A DNA stretch of 64,000 nt from Minisyncoccota bacterium (lineage in GTDB: Bacteria > Patescibacteriota > Minisyncoccia > UBA6257 > GWB1-50-10), in the NCBI GenBank assembly GCA_041659005.1, contig JBAZZD010000002.1:25817-89816 (forward strand), read 5' to 3'. The first letter of the stretch is position 1, and the number at the start of each line of letters is the position of its first letter. A program made the translations under genes and the position numbers. The notes beneath the pieces are model-generated. The model was not told where the DNA came from and did not search any database. It saw nothing but the letters and a program-made list of their open reading frames with translations. This document shows positions 17,416 to 25,967 of the stretch, in pieces.

Positions 17416-19920
17416 TTACTGTCCGTGACATTTCTTATATTTTTTTCCTGAACCGCAATAACATGGATCGTTTCTTCCTATATGCTTAGCATCAGCCGGA
17501 GGAATAACTTTTTGTGCTGGTTTGTTTAATTGAATATTTGATATATCCATTTCAAATATTGGAAATATTGAATTGAATACTAATTGTTCGTATGCGCGAA
17601 GCAGTCGCTCAAAAAGAATGTGTGCCTCACGGCGATACTCAACGATCGGTTCGTGTTGACCATATGCCCTAAGGTTTACTGTGTCTCGAAGGGACTCCAA
17701 GTGCTCCAAGTGTTCGATCCATAACGTATCAAGAATTCGAATAAGTTGTTGACCTACAATGAATGCTCGTTCGTTTTCAATTGATTCAGGAACTTTCGTG
17801 CGAAGCATTTTTGCTTCGTCTAATTTTTTTATATCTTCTTCATCCAAATTTTCTGAGCCGTGTCTTATTGCTGCTTCGTAGTGATTCAAAAATGAGTCAA
17901 GAAGATCGCACGCTATTGGGAGGATAGTATTATTTTCGCCTGTGCGTAAAATGTTTGCTCTGCGTCCATAGAGTGCTCCACGTTGTTTATTTAACACATC
18001 ATCAAACTCAAGAAGATGTTTGCGGATATCAAAATTATTTCCTTCCACTTTTTGTTGTGCCTGATTTACTGCTTTTGAAATAATTTTTGATTCAATTGGA
18101 ATGTCATCGGGGACATTCATCATTTTCATTATTGATCCGATGCGATCTCCTCCAAATATACGCATTAAGTCGTCCTCAACTGAGAGAAAAAATTGTGAGG
18201 ATCCTGGGTCACCCTGTCGTCCTGCACGTCCACGAAGCTGATTATCAATGCGTCGTGCTTCATGTCGTTCTGTGCCGATTACGTGCAGTCCTCCCAATTC
18301 TTTTACTTTTTCTGCAAGTTCTTTATTAAATGGAATACCGCCAAGAATAATATCAACTCCTCGTCCTGCCATATTTGTCGCGACGGTTACCGCTCCGAAT
18401 TTTCCTGCTTGTGCAATGATCGCTCCTTCACGTTCGTTATTTTTTGCGTTTAAAATTTCATGAATAATTCCCTCTTCCATAAGATATTGAGAGATTGCCT
18501 CGTTATTAGTAATAGATGTTGTGCCGATAAGAATTGGTTGTCCTTTTTCGTGACGCCGTCTCACTTCTTTTGCAATTGCACGATATTTTGCATCTTTTGT
18601 TTTATAAATAACATCCTCCATGTTGTTCCTAATTGTTGGACGGTTTGATGGAATTGAAACAACGTCAAGTTTGTAGGTTTTGTGAAATTCTTCAGCAGAC
18701 GTTTGTGCCGTGCCAGTCATTCCCGCGATCTTTTTATAAAGTCTGAAATAATTTTGGATTGTGATCTGTGCATATGTTCTATTTTCTTCTTTTACAAATA
18801 CTCCCTCTTTTGCCTCAATTGCTTGATGGAGTCCCCCGGAGTATCTTCGTCCTTGGAGTATTCGTCCGGTAAATTCATCAACAATGATAATTTCTCCGTT
18901 GCGCACGACGTATTCCTTGTCTTTGTGGAATAGTGACTTTGCTCGTACGCTTTCTTGAAGAAAATGAACGAGACGAGCATTTTCTGGAGTATACATATTT
19001 TCAATGTTCATTTCCCGTTCAACCTTTTCAATCCCTGATTCCAATATTGAAACTGTTTTTAATTTCTCATCAATTGTATAGTCCTCTTCTGGAATAAGTC
19101 GTTCTGCAATTCGCGCAAATATTTTATAAAATCCACTTGATTCGGTATCTGAGGCGGCAATAATAAGTGGGGTTCTCGCCTCATCAATTAAAATTGAGTC
19201 AACTTCATCAATAATTGCAAAGTTGTGTTCACGTTGAACTTTTTCTTTTTGTGAGGAGACAAGATTATCGCGCAAATAATCAAAACCAAATTCATGGTTT
19301 GTGCCGTAGGTAATATCTGCTGCATATGCTTCTCGTCGAGAAATTGGGCGTAAAAATTTTTCAACAACTCTAAAACTTCCAAGCTCATCACGTTCTTTAT
19401 CTGCATCAGTTCCCTCATATGTCGGATCATACATATACGCATTGTCGTGGACTATGCATGATGTTGTGAGTCCCACTGCGTGATAGATTTGCCCCATCCA
19501 TACTGTGTCGCGTTGTGCGAGATAGTCATTTACTGTAACCACGTGCACCCCCATACCTCCAAGTGCATTAAGAAATACCGCAGAAGTTGCGGTGAGAGTT
19601 TTCCCTTCTCCGGTTAACATTTCAGTGATTTTTCCTTCGTGCAACACAATTCCACCCATAAGTTGAACATCGTAATTGCGTTGTTTAAGCTTTCTTTTTG
19701 TCGCTTCGCGTGTAAGCGCAAATGCACGAGGAAGTGTACTATTTAGTGCTTCTTCAGTATCAGAAGAAGCAAGAATTTTTTCTTTTAATTTCTGTGCAGA
19801 ATCTAATAATTCAGCATCAGAAAGTTTCTCAAGTTCTTGTTCAAGTGCGTTAATTTCAGCCACACGTTCACGTAAGACCTTAATTTCATCAAATCCAAAT
19901 AATTTTGAGAACAGTGACAT
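17416..19920 (-). CDS. secA: preprotein translocase ATPase SecA
   Basis: 834 aa with DEAD-like motor, preprotein cross-linking region and C-terminal zinc-binding CYCGSGKKYKKCHG. Confidence 0.95.
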   Translation of the reverse strand: MSLFSKLFGFDEIKVLRERVAEINALEQELEKLSDAELLDSAQKLKEKILASSDTEEALNSTLPRAFALTREATKRKLKQRNYDVQLMGGIVLHEGKITEMLTGEGKTLTATSAVFLNALGGMGVHVVTVNDYLAQRDTVWMGQIYHAVGLTTSCIVHDNAYMYDPTYEGTDADKERDELGSFRVVEKFLRPISRREAYAADITYGTNHEFGFDYLRDNLVSSQKEKVQREHNFAIIDEVDSILIDEARTPLIIAASDTESSGFYKIFARIAERLIPEEDYTIDEKLKTVSILESGIEKVEREMNIENMYTPENARLVHFLQESVRAKSLFHKDKEYVVRNGEIIIVDEFTGRILQGRRYSGGLHQAIEAKEGVFVKEENRTYAQITIQNYFRLYKKIAGMTGTAQTSAEEFHKTYKLDVVSIPSNRPTIRNNMEDVIYKTKDAKYRAIAKEVRRRHEKGQPILIGTTSITNNEAISQYLMEEGIIHEILNAKNNEREGAIIAQAGKFGAVTVATNMAGRGVDIILGGIPFNKELAEKVKELGGLHVIGTERHEARRIDNQLRGRAGRQGDPGSSQFFLSVEDDLMRIFGGDRIGSIMKMMNVPDDIPIESKIISKAVNQAQQKVEGNNFDIRKHLLEFDDVLNKQRGALYGRRANILRTGENNTILPIACDLLDSFLNHYEAAIRHGSENLDEEDIKKLDEAKMLRTKVPESIENERAFIVGQQLIRILDTLWIEHLEHLESLRDTVNLRAYGQHEPIVEYRREAHILFERLLRAYEQLVFNSIFPIFEMDISNIQLNKPAQKVIPPADAKHIGRNDPCYCGSGKKYKKCHGQ

Positions 19921-19954
19921 AAATTTTGTAAGACAAAACGGTATCAGGATTCGT

Positions 19955-20021
19955 GGGCGACTACGGTGGTGACCTCCATTTTAACAATGTTGTTGAGCGA
20001 GTGCGCAATCCGTAGTCGCCC
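19955..20021 (-). promoter_or_regulatory. long stem-loop in the secA 5' leader enclosing an 11-codon uORF
   Basis: 12-bp stem gggcgactacgg / ccgtagtcgccc around a 43-nt loop, located 35-100 nt upstream of the secA ATG. Confidence 0.4.
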
Positions 20022-20123
20022 GCGCCGCCCAATACCGCTATGGATACATAGTAACATACCATTTCACTAAGGCAATATATTACATGAGAAAAGAAATGAA
20101 GTCCCAGCGTTAGTAGAAACCCC

Positions 20124-20152
20124 TTGCTTTTTTCATAGATGTATGCTACAAT
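20124..20152 (+). promoter_or_regulatory. sigma70-like promoter (TTGCTT-17-TGcTACAAT)
   Basis: -35 at 20124-20129, extended -10 at 20144-20152; no + strand CDS downstream. Confidence 0.45.
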
Positions 20153-20213
20153 GACCGTGTTGAGTGAGTGAATTTACTCTTGCCCTTACAGGCATAAGGA
20201 AATTCTTCCATTT

Positions 20214-20246
20214 CCCACCTCGCGCAAGCGAGGTGGGTTTTTGTTT
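20214..20246 (+). terminator. intrinsic terminator
   Basis: cccacctcgc-gcaa-gcgaggtggg followed by tttttgttt. Confidence 0.6.
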
Positions 20247-20273
20247 ACCCAGAACTGGTTGAGGGGTTTATCT

Positions 20274-21170
20274 CTACTTTTTAATCGAAAAATTAGAAAA
20301 TTGGTCTTCGTAATTAAGTGCAAAATGAAACTCAAGTTCTTTGTCATTTACTACTACTCTTCCTCCTGCTTGTTTCCGATTTATGTAATTCGCGAGTCGT
20401 TTTGTTGCAATTGGTCGCGCAATAAAACGTTCGATATAATCACCAACGCGCCCATTAAGAAGCAACTCAATATATCGCTTTATATTACTTGATTGGTGTA
20501 ATATTTTTTTTGCTTGTTCGATATTTAATACTGAAATGTCTGCCCAGTTATTTTTTTCAATAAATTTAGAAAAAGAATCTCCTGTAATAAAAATGGGAAT
20601 CATGTGTCGGTACAATTCATACCGATAATAATTGTGCGGTTCTTTTTCGTATGTTTCGGAGGTTACAATATGGTTAAAACAAAATTTGTTCGGACTGCTT
20701 GCTTCAAGATCATCAAGACGGCGTGCGCGCAAAAGAGAAAATAATGCACCCGCAAGATAACGTGCGGTAAAGATTCTCCCCTTCCTTACTCCGAGGATAA
20801 TATCAAAATCAGATGATGCACGAATTGCGCCAAATGAAATTGATCCGCTTACTGCCGCAAAATCAATAAATGGAATGTATCGAAACCATCGAGCGCCTCG
20901 CAGTAACCGTTTCCATTTTTTATCTAAATAGAAATCTTGTATGGTTCTTGTATTTAAGAGGTTTGAATGTTCTTTTGGTGCATAAAAACCATTTCCAAAA
21001 ATAATTTTCTTTTTTTTGATTAAGATGTCTAATGCATCAAATATATTACTGATAGAGATTTCTGTTTTAATGGGTGCGCGGGTTTTAATTTCCATGAGCG
21101 AGGTTGCTCGTCCCATAGCTCCATAAAACGAAATAAATTCGTATACGTGTTGTTCCAATGTGTTATTCAT
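20274..21170 (-). CDS. nucleotidyltransferase-fold hypothetical protein
   Basis: VSGSISFGAIRASSDFDIILGV gives the G[SG]x10DxD polymerase-beta-like motif. Start probably the MNNTLEQ at 21170 (8-nt overlap with rmuC); track ORF runs to 21203. Confidence 0.5.
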   Translation of the reverse strand: MNNTLEQHVYEFISFYGAMGRATSLMEIKTRAPIKTEISISNIFDALDILIKKKKIIFGNGFYAPKEHSNLLNTRTIQDFYLDKKWKRLLRGARWFRYIPFIDFAAVSGSISFGAIRASSDFDIILGVRKGRIFTARYLAGALFSLLRARRLDDLEASSPNKFCFNHIVTSETYEKEPHNYYRYELYRHMIPIFITGDSFSKFIEKNNWADISVLNIEQAKKILHQSSNIKRYIELLLNGRVGDYIERFIARPIATKRLANYINRKQAGGRVVVNDKELEFHFALNYEDQFSNFSIKK

Positions 21171-22230
21171 CTCTCTCGGGAGTAATAAGAGTAAGTGGTT
21201 CAATTCCGGTGTTTGTTCCTGTAATTCGTAACACGTCCTTATCTATTTTCCCTAATTCTTTGGATGCTTTATTGTAATGATTTACTGTTGTCTCAAGTGA
21301 CTTTCCCAGTGATTGCATAAACTGATCATGTGCGCCGATGTGTTTCCCGAGTTCCTCAACACGCTTTCGAATTTCTTTTGTGGATTCTTCAATCTGCATT
21401 GCCTTAAGTCCCTGAAGCACCGTTTGAAGGTATGCAAGAAATGATGTCGGAGAAACAATAATTACCTTGTATTTTCCTGCTGCACGTTGGATTAAGCTTT
21501 CAGTATTTTCATCTTTTAATACTCCGATTTTATTAATGAGTAAATCATAATAAATTGCCTCGTGAGGAATAAACATAAAAGCGAATTCCATTGTATTTTG
21601 TTCTGGACGTATATATTTTGACGTTTCCTCTATTCGAAGTTTTAAGTCTCCAACAAATTTCTTTTCGAGACGTGCGCGCTCTACTTCGTCATGTTCTTCA
21701 ACAAGACGGTTATAATTTTCAAGCGAAAATTTTGAATCAATTGGAATTATCTTGTCTTTCACAAATACCACCGCATCAACAATGAGTTCCTTCCCCTCAT
21801 CATCTCTTCCCATATGATATTGCATTTCATAACTCCCTGGTGGAAGAACATTTTTTAATAGTGTCTCAAGATAATACTCACCAACGATTCCTCGTTGTTT
21901 TGGATTTTTAAAAATGTCTTGTAGCGATTGTAATTGATCGGCAAATCCAACTACCTGCCTATTTGTTTCATCAAGTTTTGCAAGTCGATCAGTTACATCT
22001 TTTATAATTTTATGTGACTCGCCATATTGAGTTTGCATAAAACGAGATGATTCATGGAGTCGTGAATCGATCGCTCGAGAAAGTTCTTGAATTTGATTTT
22101 GCAATAACAGCAATGACGAATTATCCTCTTTTGGTGGTGTTTTTTTAAGCAAGCGGATAATAAAAAGAAATGCAACGCCAACCGCGATGATTAAGAAAAT
22201 AAATATTGTGATAAGTATTCCCGTGTTCAT
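21163..22230 (-). CDS. rmuC: DNA recombination protein RmuC
   Basis: N-terminal TM, coiled coil, then GEYYLETLL...IPIDSKF RmuC core. Confidence 0.8.
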   Translation of the reverse strand: MNTGILITIFIFLIIAVGVAFLFIIRLLKKTPPKEDNSSLLLLQNQIQELSRAIDSRLHESSRFMQTQYGESHKIIKDVTDRLAKLDETNRQVVGFADQLQSLQDIFKNPKQRGIVGEYYLETLLKNVLPPGSYEMQYHMGRDDEGKELIVDAVVFVKDKIIPIDSKFSLENYNRLVEEHDEVERARLEKKFVGDLKLRIEETSKYIRPEQNTMEFAFMFIPHEAIYYDLLINKIGVLKDENTESLIQRAAGKYKVIIVSPTSFLAYLQTVLQGLKAMQIEESTKEIRKRVEELGKHIGAHDQFMQSLGKSLETTVNHYNKASKELGKIDKDVLRITGTNTGIEPLTLITPERDE

Positions 22231-22235
22231 AATCT

Positions 22236-22595
22236 TTAGTTATTAGAAAGTAATACGGTAATGATAATAAACACCATTAATGCAAGAAATGCATTTCCAG
22301 CAGCAAAAAGATATGAAAGAAATCGTTCACGATTCCAGAATTCATACATAAGCACTCCATTTATGCCAAGTATGGTAAATCCTAAAAGCCAAATTCCCCA
22401 CATACTATTTTTTTCACCAAATACACTCACTCCCTTTAATTGGTCAAACTTGATAATTATTGATTCTGAAAGTGTTCCATAATTGGTGATCGTTATTAAA
22501 AGTGAAACGAACGAAAAAGCGACACTCAAAAGAATAAGCGCAGTATAGATTTTATGATGTTTGAAGAATGGTAGATACTTGACCATTGGATTCAT
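22236..22595 (-). CDS. hypothetical membrane protein
   Basis: Three predicted TM helices. Confidence 0.5.
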   Translation of the reverse strand: MNPMVKYLPFFKHHKIYTALILLSVAFSFVSLLITITNYGTLSESIIIKFDQLKGVSVFGEKNSMWGIWLLGFTILGINGVLMYEFWNRERFLSYLFAAGNAFLALMVFIIITVLLSNN

Positions 22596-22740
22596 TATAT
22601 ACGAAAATTTTTAATTTTGTAATTTTAACGAGCAAGCTCTTTTTCCCACGTCACTCGAATAAAATACAAATATTATTTGCTATTTTACTTCTCGCTAGCG
22701 GTAATAAATAAACGCAGAAAAACTTAATTTTTAAATAAAA

Positions 22741-22772
22741 AAGAACCCGCTATTGAGCGGGTTTTTGAAGAA
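22741..22772 (-). terminator. intrinsic terminator overlapping the stop codon
   Basis: aacccgct-caat-agcgggtt followed by cttttttattt on the minus strand. Confidence 0.55.
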
Positions 22773-23211
22773 TAAATAGCACACAATACCACCCCCCTAG
22801 ATATAAGAATATAGGGAGAAAGAGGAAAAGAACAAAGAAAAAATACTCACCGAATGTAATATCGGCAGTATCAGCAGAAAAATAGATTTTTGCCATCATG
22901 TGGTATATGTCAGATGGCATCCATGATGCGTTTAGATAAACCACTAGTTCGGTTCTGAAAAACGAGGTTGAATGCCAATTTCCTATCTTCAGGAATTTTT
23001 CTTGCATGAGAATTTGATTTCTTTCCGTAAGGATGGAATCTAATTCTCCTGAAAATCTAACACCTCGTTGTTGATGATCATCAACAACTTGTTCAAACTT
23101 TTCAGCAGTTGCCGAAAGTTTATCGCGCATTGTAAATTGATTCATAACGAATGAAATTGGGAGATATACCAGAAAAAGAAATAGTGTGATTCGCGCTAGT
23201 TTGCGTACCAT
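22750..23211 (-). CDS. hypothetical membrane protein
   Basis: N- and C-terminal TM segments. Confidence 0.5.
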   Translation of the reverse strand: MVRKLARITLFLFLVYLPISFVMNQFTMRDKLSATAEKFEQVVDDHQQRGVRFSGELDSILTERNQILMQEKFLKIGNWHSTSFFRTELVVYLNASWMPSDIYHMMAKIYFSADTADITFGEYFFFVLFLFLPIFLYLGGWYCVLFILQKPAQ

Positions 23212-23263
23212 TTTGCGTTTCCTTATTAAGTTTTTAATGATAGTCGTATTATATCACACTATA

Positions 23264-23292
23264 TTGACAAAGTCAAGTAGATATGATATAAT
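23264..23292 (+). promoter_or_regulatory. consensus sigma70 promoter TTGACA-17-TATAAT
   Basis: TTGACA at 23264-23269 and TATAAT at 23287-23292, about 170 nt upstream of tRNA-Leu. Confidence 0.6.
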
Positions 23293-23298
23293 GCAAAT

Positions 23299-23424
23299 AC
23301 ATTAATAATTTGATTGCGGAGTTAAAAGATGTTTGACCCATACTTTTCGCCGAATTAATGATTTCTTTTGGCCTTATCATTATTCGGCGTACATAAAGGC
23401 CAGCCCCTCCAAATGGAGGGGTTT
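23299..23424 (+). ncRNA. candidate leader or small RNA between the promoter and tRNA-Leu
   Basis: Structured segment: cgccgaattaatgat...atcattattcggcg stem, then cccctcc-aaat-ggagggg followed by tttactatttt (terminator-like). Confidence 0.3.
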
Positions 23425-23464
23425 ACTATTTTCCGACATTTTGTATACTGATTCAGTTAATAAT

Positions 23465-23548
23465 GCGCGGGTGGCGAAATTGGTAGACGCACTACCTTGA
23501 GGTGGTAGCGCTCGCAAGGGCTTGCAGGTTCAAATCCTGTCCCGCGCA
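23465..23548 (+). tRNA. tRNA-Leu (anticodon GAG), CCA not encoded
   Basis: Acceptor gcgcggg/cccgcgc, D-arm with GG, anticodon loop ttGAGgt, long variable arm, T-arm ggttcaaatcc. Confidence 0.85.
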
Positions 23549-23558
23549 CTAATAAAAT

Positions 23559-23586
23559 AACATCCGCAATGCGGATGTTATTTTAT
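23559..23586 (+). terminator. intrinsic terminator after tRNA-Leu
   Basis: aacatccgca-at-gcggatgtt followed by atttt. Confidence 0.55.
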
Positions 23587-23711
23587 GCGGATAGAATTTG
23601 AACGAGGGGTGGGTCGCCCCGCAATGCGGGGCGTGGTTAGCTATTCGAAACCGCAAGGTGTCAGAAAATTTCGTCCGCGAAATTTTGTTCAATTCCCTGT
23701 CCCGCGCACAA
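23587..23711 (+). other. tRNA-like element or pseudo-tRNA with inverted T-arm/acceptor-like ends
   Basis: 3' end tgttcaattccctgtcccgcgca copies the tRNA-Leu 3' end; 5' end gcggatagaatttgaacg is its approximate reverse complement; no valid cloverleaf. Confidence 0.4.
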
Positions 23712-23723
23712 ACAAAAAATATC

Positions 23724-23754
23724 CCGATGAATGGGATTTTTTTGTGTCACACGA
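23724..23754. terminator. bidirectional terminator hairpin
   Basis: atcccgat-gaa-tgggat flanked by aaaaaat and ttttttt. Confidence 0.5.
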
Positions 23755-23900
23755 AAGCGGATTTGAACCGCGGGCTCCCTGTTTTCTTAGCAAATGAAAT
23801 GAGTTTAGAAAACAGCAGTGTCGCATATTATGCGACCCGCAATCTTTGATTTTGAAGCCGTAGGTTTCGAGCACGGCAGCCCAGTAGGTGATTTTACTAA
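23750..23900 (+). other. second, more degenerate tRNA-like element
   Basis: Begins gcggatttgaaccgcggg (same 5' motif family); 3' end ccgtaggtttcgagcacggcagccca is weakly T-arm-like. Confidence 0.25.
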
Positions 23901-23917
23901 ATCATGCGAGAGGCAAA

Positions 23918-23950
23918 TCCCCGCCTATCGGCAGGCAGGCCGTCCTGCGC
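23918..23950. repeat. variant copy of the GC-rich palindromic repeat
   Basis: ccccgcctatcggcaggcagg is a near reverse complement of the 59492 copy cctgcctgccgtaggcagg. Confidence 0.5.
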
Positions 23951-24008
23951 ACTAAAACGCGAAAAGAAAGAATTTTCTTCCCCCTTTTTTTCGTTGTATA
24001 ATAAAAAA

Positions 24009-24794
24009 ATGAATTTTTTCAGCGAGGGTTTTATATCAAAAAGATCTAAGCCTTTAATTTCAAGTGAATCAATAAATTCTTTGAAATCAGAACATCTGAA
24101 AGAGGGTGTAAGTCCGATTATTGCTTGTATAGAAACTCCCAATCAAGCTTTTAATGATCATAATATAAAAGATTTTTTAAAAAATAGCACAAAACTTACT
24201 GATGTGGATTATTTTGGTGATTCCATTGAGCAAAAAGTGCGTGGATTTAAAAATATGGGAGATGGTTCATTTGTTATATCACCGATAGACAGTTCGGATA
24301 AATTTTCTCAAAAATTTCTCGATTGCACCGGATTAGTAGTAGCCGGTCAAAAAAAAGAAACAAAAGAAAATATATCACTATTAAGTCATCAAAATCCCGC
24401 TCATTTTTTAAATGAAGAATTTTGGAAAACAAATTTTAAAAATGACCTTAGACAACAATTGCAAGAATTAAAGAAAAAAAGTGTGGATAAAACTGTTGAT
24501 GTGGTAATTGTTGGTGGAAATCATTTTTTAAATGGCGAGTATAGCAATAGCAAAGAATATAGAGATAATTATCTTGATTCAATCAAACAATTATCTGAGG
24601 TGGTTGTCGAAGTTTTCAATTTTGAACCCGTTGTTATTACAGGACCAAAAACAGTTCGAGGAAGGCAAACTGATGACGTATATTATGATAATGAACATAG
24701 GAGATTATATATAGTGCGCAAGGACATTGGTGATACAACTACCGAAAGTTTTCTTCCTCGTGATATAGAGAAGCAAGAAAAAAAATGGAAATGA
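24009..24794 (+). CDS. hypothetical protein
   Basis: Track ORF 23904..24794; likely start is the in-frame ATG at 24009 (MNFFSEG), downstream of the repeat and tRNA-like elements. Confidence 0.5.
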   Translation: MNFFSEGFISKRSKPLISSESINSLKSEHLKEGVSPIIACIETPNQAFNDHNIKDFLKNSTKLTDVDYFGDSIEQKVRGFKNMGDGSFVISPIDSSDKFSQKFLDCTGLVVAGQKKETKENISLLSHQNPAHFLNEEFWKTNFKNDLRQQLQELKKKSVDKTVDVVIVGGNHFLNGEYSNSKEYRDNYLDSIKQLSEVVVEVFNFEPVVITGPKTVRGRQTDDVYYDNEHRRLYIVRKDIGDTTTESFLPRDIEKQEKKWK

Positions 24795-24832
24795 GAGCAA
24801 ATTAAATCCCCCATCAATGTGGGGGCCCGGTT

Positions 24833-25066
24833 TTAGTAGTTTTGTATATTAAAATTTGGAAAGTTAATTCGTGCATAGAAATTTCGGTAAAGCGCGCCAC
24901 TGAGTTCGCTAAGTAGGGCACTTTCAAGTAGGAGATAAGAAACGATAAATACTAACATGGTTAGTGGAAACAGTATTATTGGCATCATGAAAATCATCCC
25001 AAAAAAACAAGAGACTGTCATTGCCGCCAGGTACGAAATGTTTATCTGAAAAATAAGTTCATCCAT
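24833..25066 (-). CDS. hypothetical small membrane protein
   Basis: 77 aa with two TM helices. Confidence 0.35.
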   Translation of the reverse strand: MDELIFQINISYLAAMTVSCFFGMIFMMPIILFPLTMLVFIVSYLLLESALLSELSGALYRNFYARINFPNFNIQNY

Positions 25067-25140
25067 CGGTATTCCTCATTTATTTTTAATGAATAGATCC
25101 ATTGTTTATCAATTTTATGGGAAAAGCAACCCTATGTTCA

Positions 25141-25323
25141 CTAACGGGAAAAGTTTTTCTCTATAACGATTTTTGCGGGTTCATTTCCCCTTCCATAGAA
25201 ATATCCCAGAGAGAAGAAAAATACGCTTATAAGGGCAATTACGAGCCAAAAAAGAGCTCTTTTAACCCACTGTGGACTCTGGTGTTCGTCCGGTTCTATC
25301 GGGAGTTTTGTAAAATTAGACAT
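25141..25323 (-). CDS. hypothetical small membrane protein
   Basis: 60 aa with a single TM helix. Confidence 0.3.
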   Translation of the reverse strand: MSNFTKLPIEPDEHQSPQWVKRALFWLVIALISVFFFSLGYFYGRGNEPAKIVIEKNFSR

Positions 25324-25550
25324 CTTTTAATTAGTATAAACAATTTCTTTCCGCTTACGGAGAATATCATTTCGAATAAATATGTCGGAATAAAATAGAT
25401 AAATTACTGAGTAAAAGGAATTAAGAAATAGACTTTTTTGCATCGTTCAAATCCCTTTAGGTTGCGTTTGCAATAAAGTGTATTTCTTTTACTTTTACGA
25501 AGATTATTTATATTTTATGGAGACCATTTATAAGAAATGATATTCGTAGT

Positions 25551-25580
25551 CCTTGACATAGAATGCACATCTAGATTATT
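25551..25580 (+). promoter_or_regulatory. sigma70-like promoter for rpmA (TTGACA-18-TATTAT)
   Basis: -35 at 25551-25556 and -10 at 25575-25580, about 20 nt upstream of the rpmA ATG. Confidence 0.55.
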
Positions 25581-25599
25581 ATATATTGGTTAATAAGTT

Positions 25600-25872
25600 A
25601 TGGCACATACCAAAGCAAAAGGATCTACCAAATTAGGACGAGAGTCAGAATCTAAACGTCTTGGCGTGAAGCGTTTTGATGGACAAGTTGTAAAAGCGGG
25701 TGAAGTTTTGATTCGTCAGCGTGGAACAAAATATCATCCAGGAACTAATGTTCTTCGTGGTGGCGATGATACATTGTACGCGAAAGTTCCGGGAACGATA
25801 AAATTTTCGAGTAAACAAAAAGTAAATTTCGATCGATCAAAAAAACGGGTATCAGTAATAAACGTAAAATAA
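25600..25872 (+). CDS. rpmA: 50S ribosomal protein L27
   Basis: [51 protein letters not shown] is canonical L27. Confidence 0.9.
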   Translation: MAHTKAKGSTKLGRESESKRLGVKRFDGQVVKAGEVLIRQRGTKYHPGTNVLRGGDDTLYAKVPGTIKFSSKQKVNFDRSKKRVSVINVK

Positions 25873-25874
25873 TA

Positions 25875-25908
25875 ATTGAAATAAAAAACCACGAGCTTAC
25901 GCTCGTGG
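25875..25908 (+). terminator. intrinsic terminator after rpmA
   Basis: ccacgagc-ttac-gctcgtgg followed by ttttttg. Confidence 0.65.
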
Positions 25909-25920
25909 TTTTTTGAATGG

Positions 25921-25966
25921 TACATAAAATATAAATATTTAAACGGTCGTTTAGATATTTATATTT
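25921..25966. repeat. AT-rich 18-20 bp inverted repeat between convergent rpmA and rplI
   Basis: Left arm aaatataaatatttaaacg, right arm cgtttagatatttatattt (one mismatch). Confidence 0.5.
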
Positions 25967-25967
25967 A

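Noticed and set aside
18087-19004. Several 60- to 85-aa ORFs antisense within secA (e.g. 18087..18329 +, 18682..18933 +)
   Set aside because: Entirely embedded antisense to a highly conserved gene, with low-complexity translations; typical spurious ORFs.
20080-20130. RNase P RNA P4-like sequences (gaaatgaagtcccagc / agaaacccc)
   Set aside because: The two P4-like strands are only about 10 nt apart rather than about 250 nt, and the region is too short for RNase P RNA.
23689-23874. ORF 23689..23874 (-) and 23585..23849 (+) in the tRNA-like region
   Set aside because: They lie over structured, GC-rich RNA-like sequence; Arg/Cys-rich translations typical of RNA genes read as protein.
23904-24008. 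Upstream extension of ORF 23904..24794 across the GC-rich repeat/tRNA-like region
   Set aside because: The extension reads through the palindromic repeat and structured RNA-like sequence with an Arg/Ala-rich translation atypical for this genome; the internal ATG at 24009 is used.
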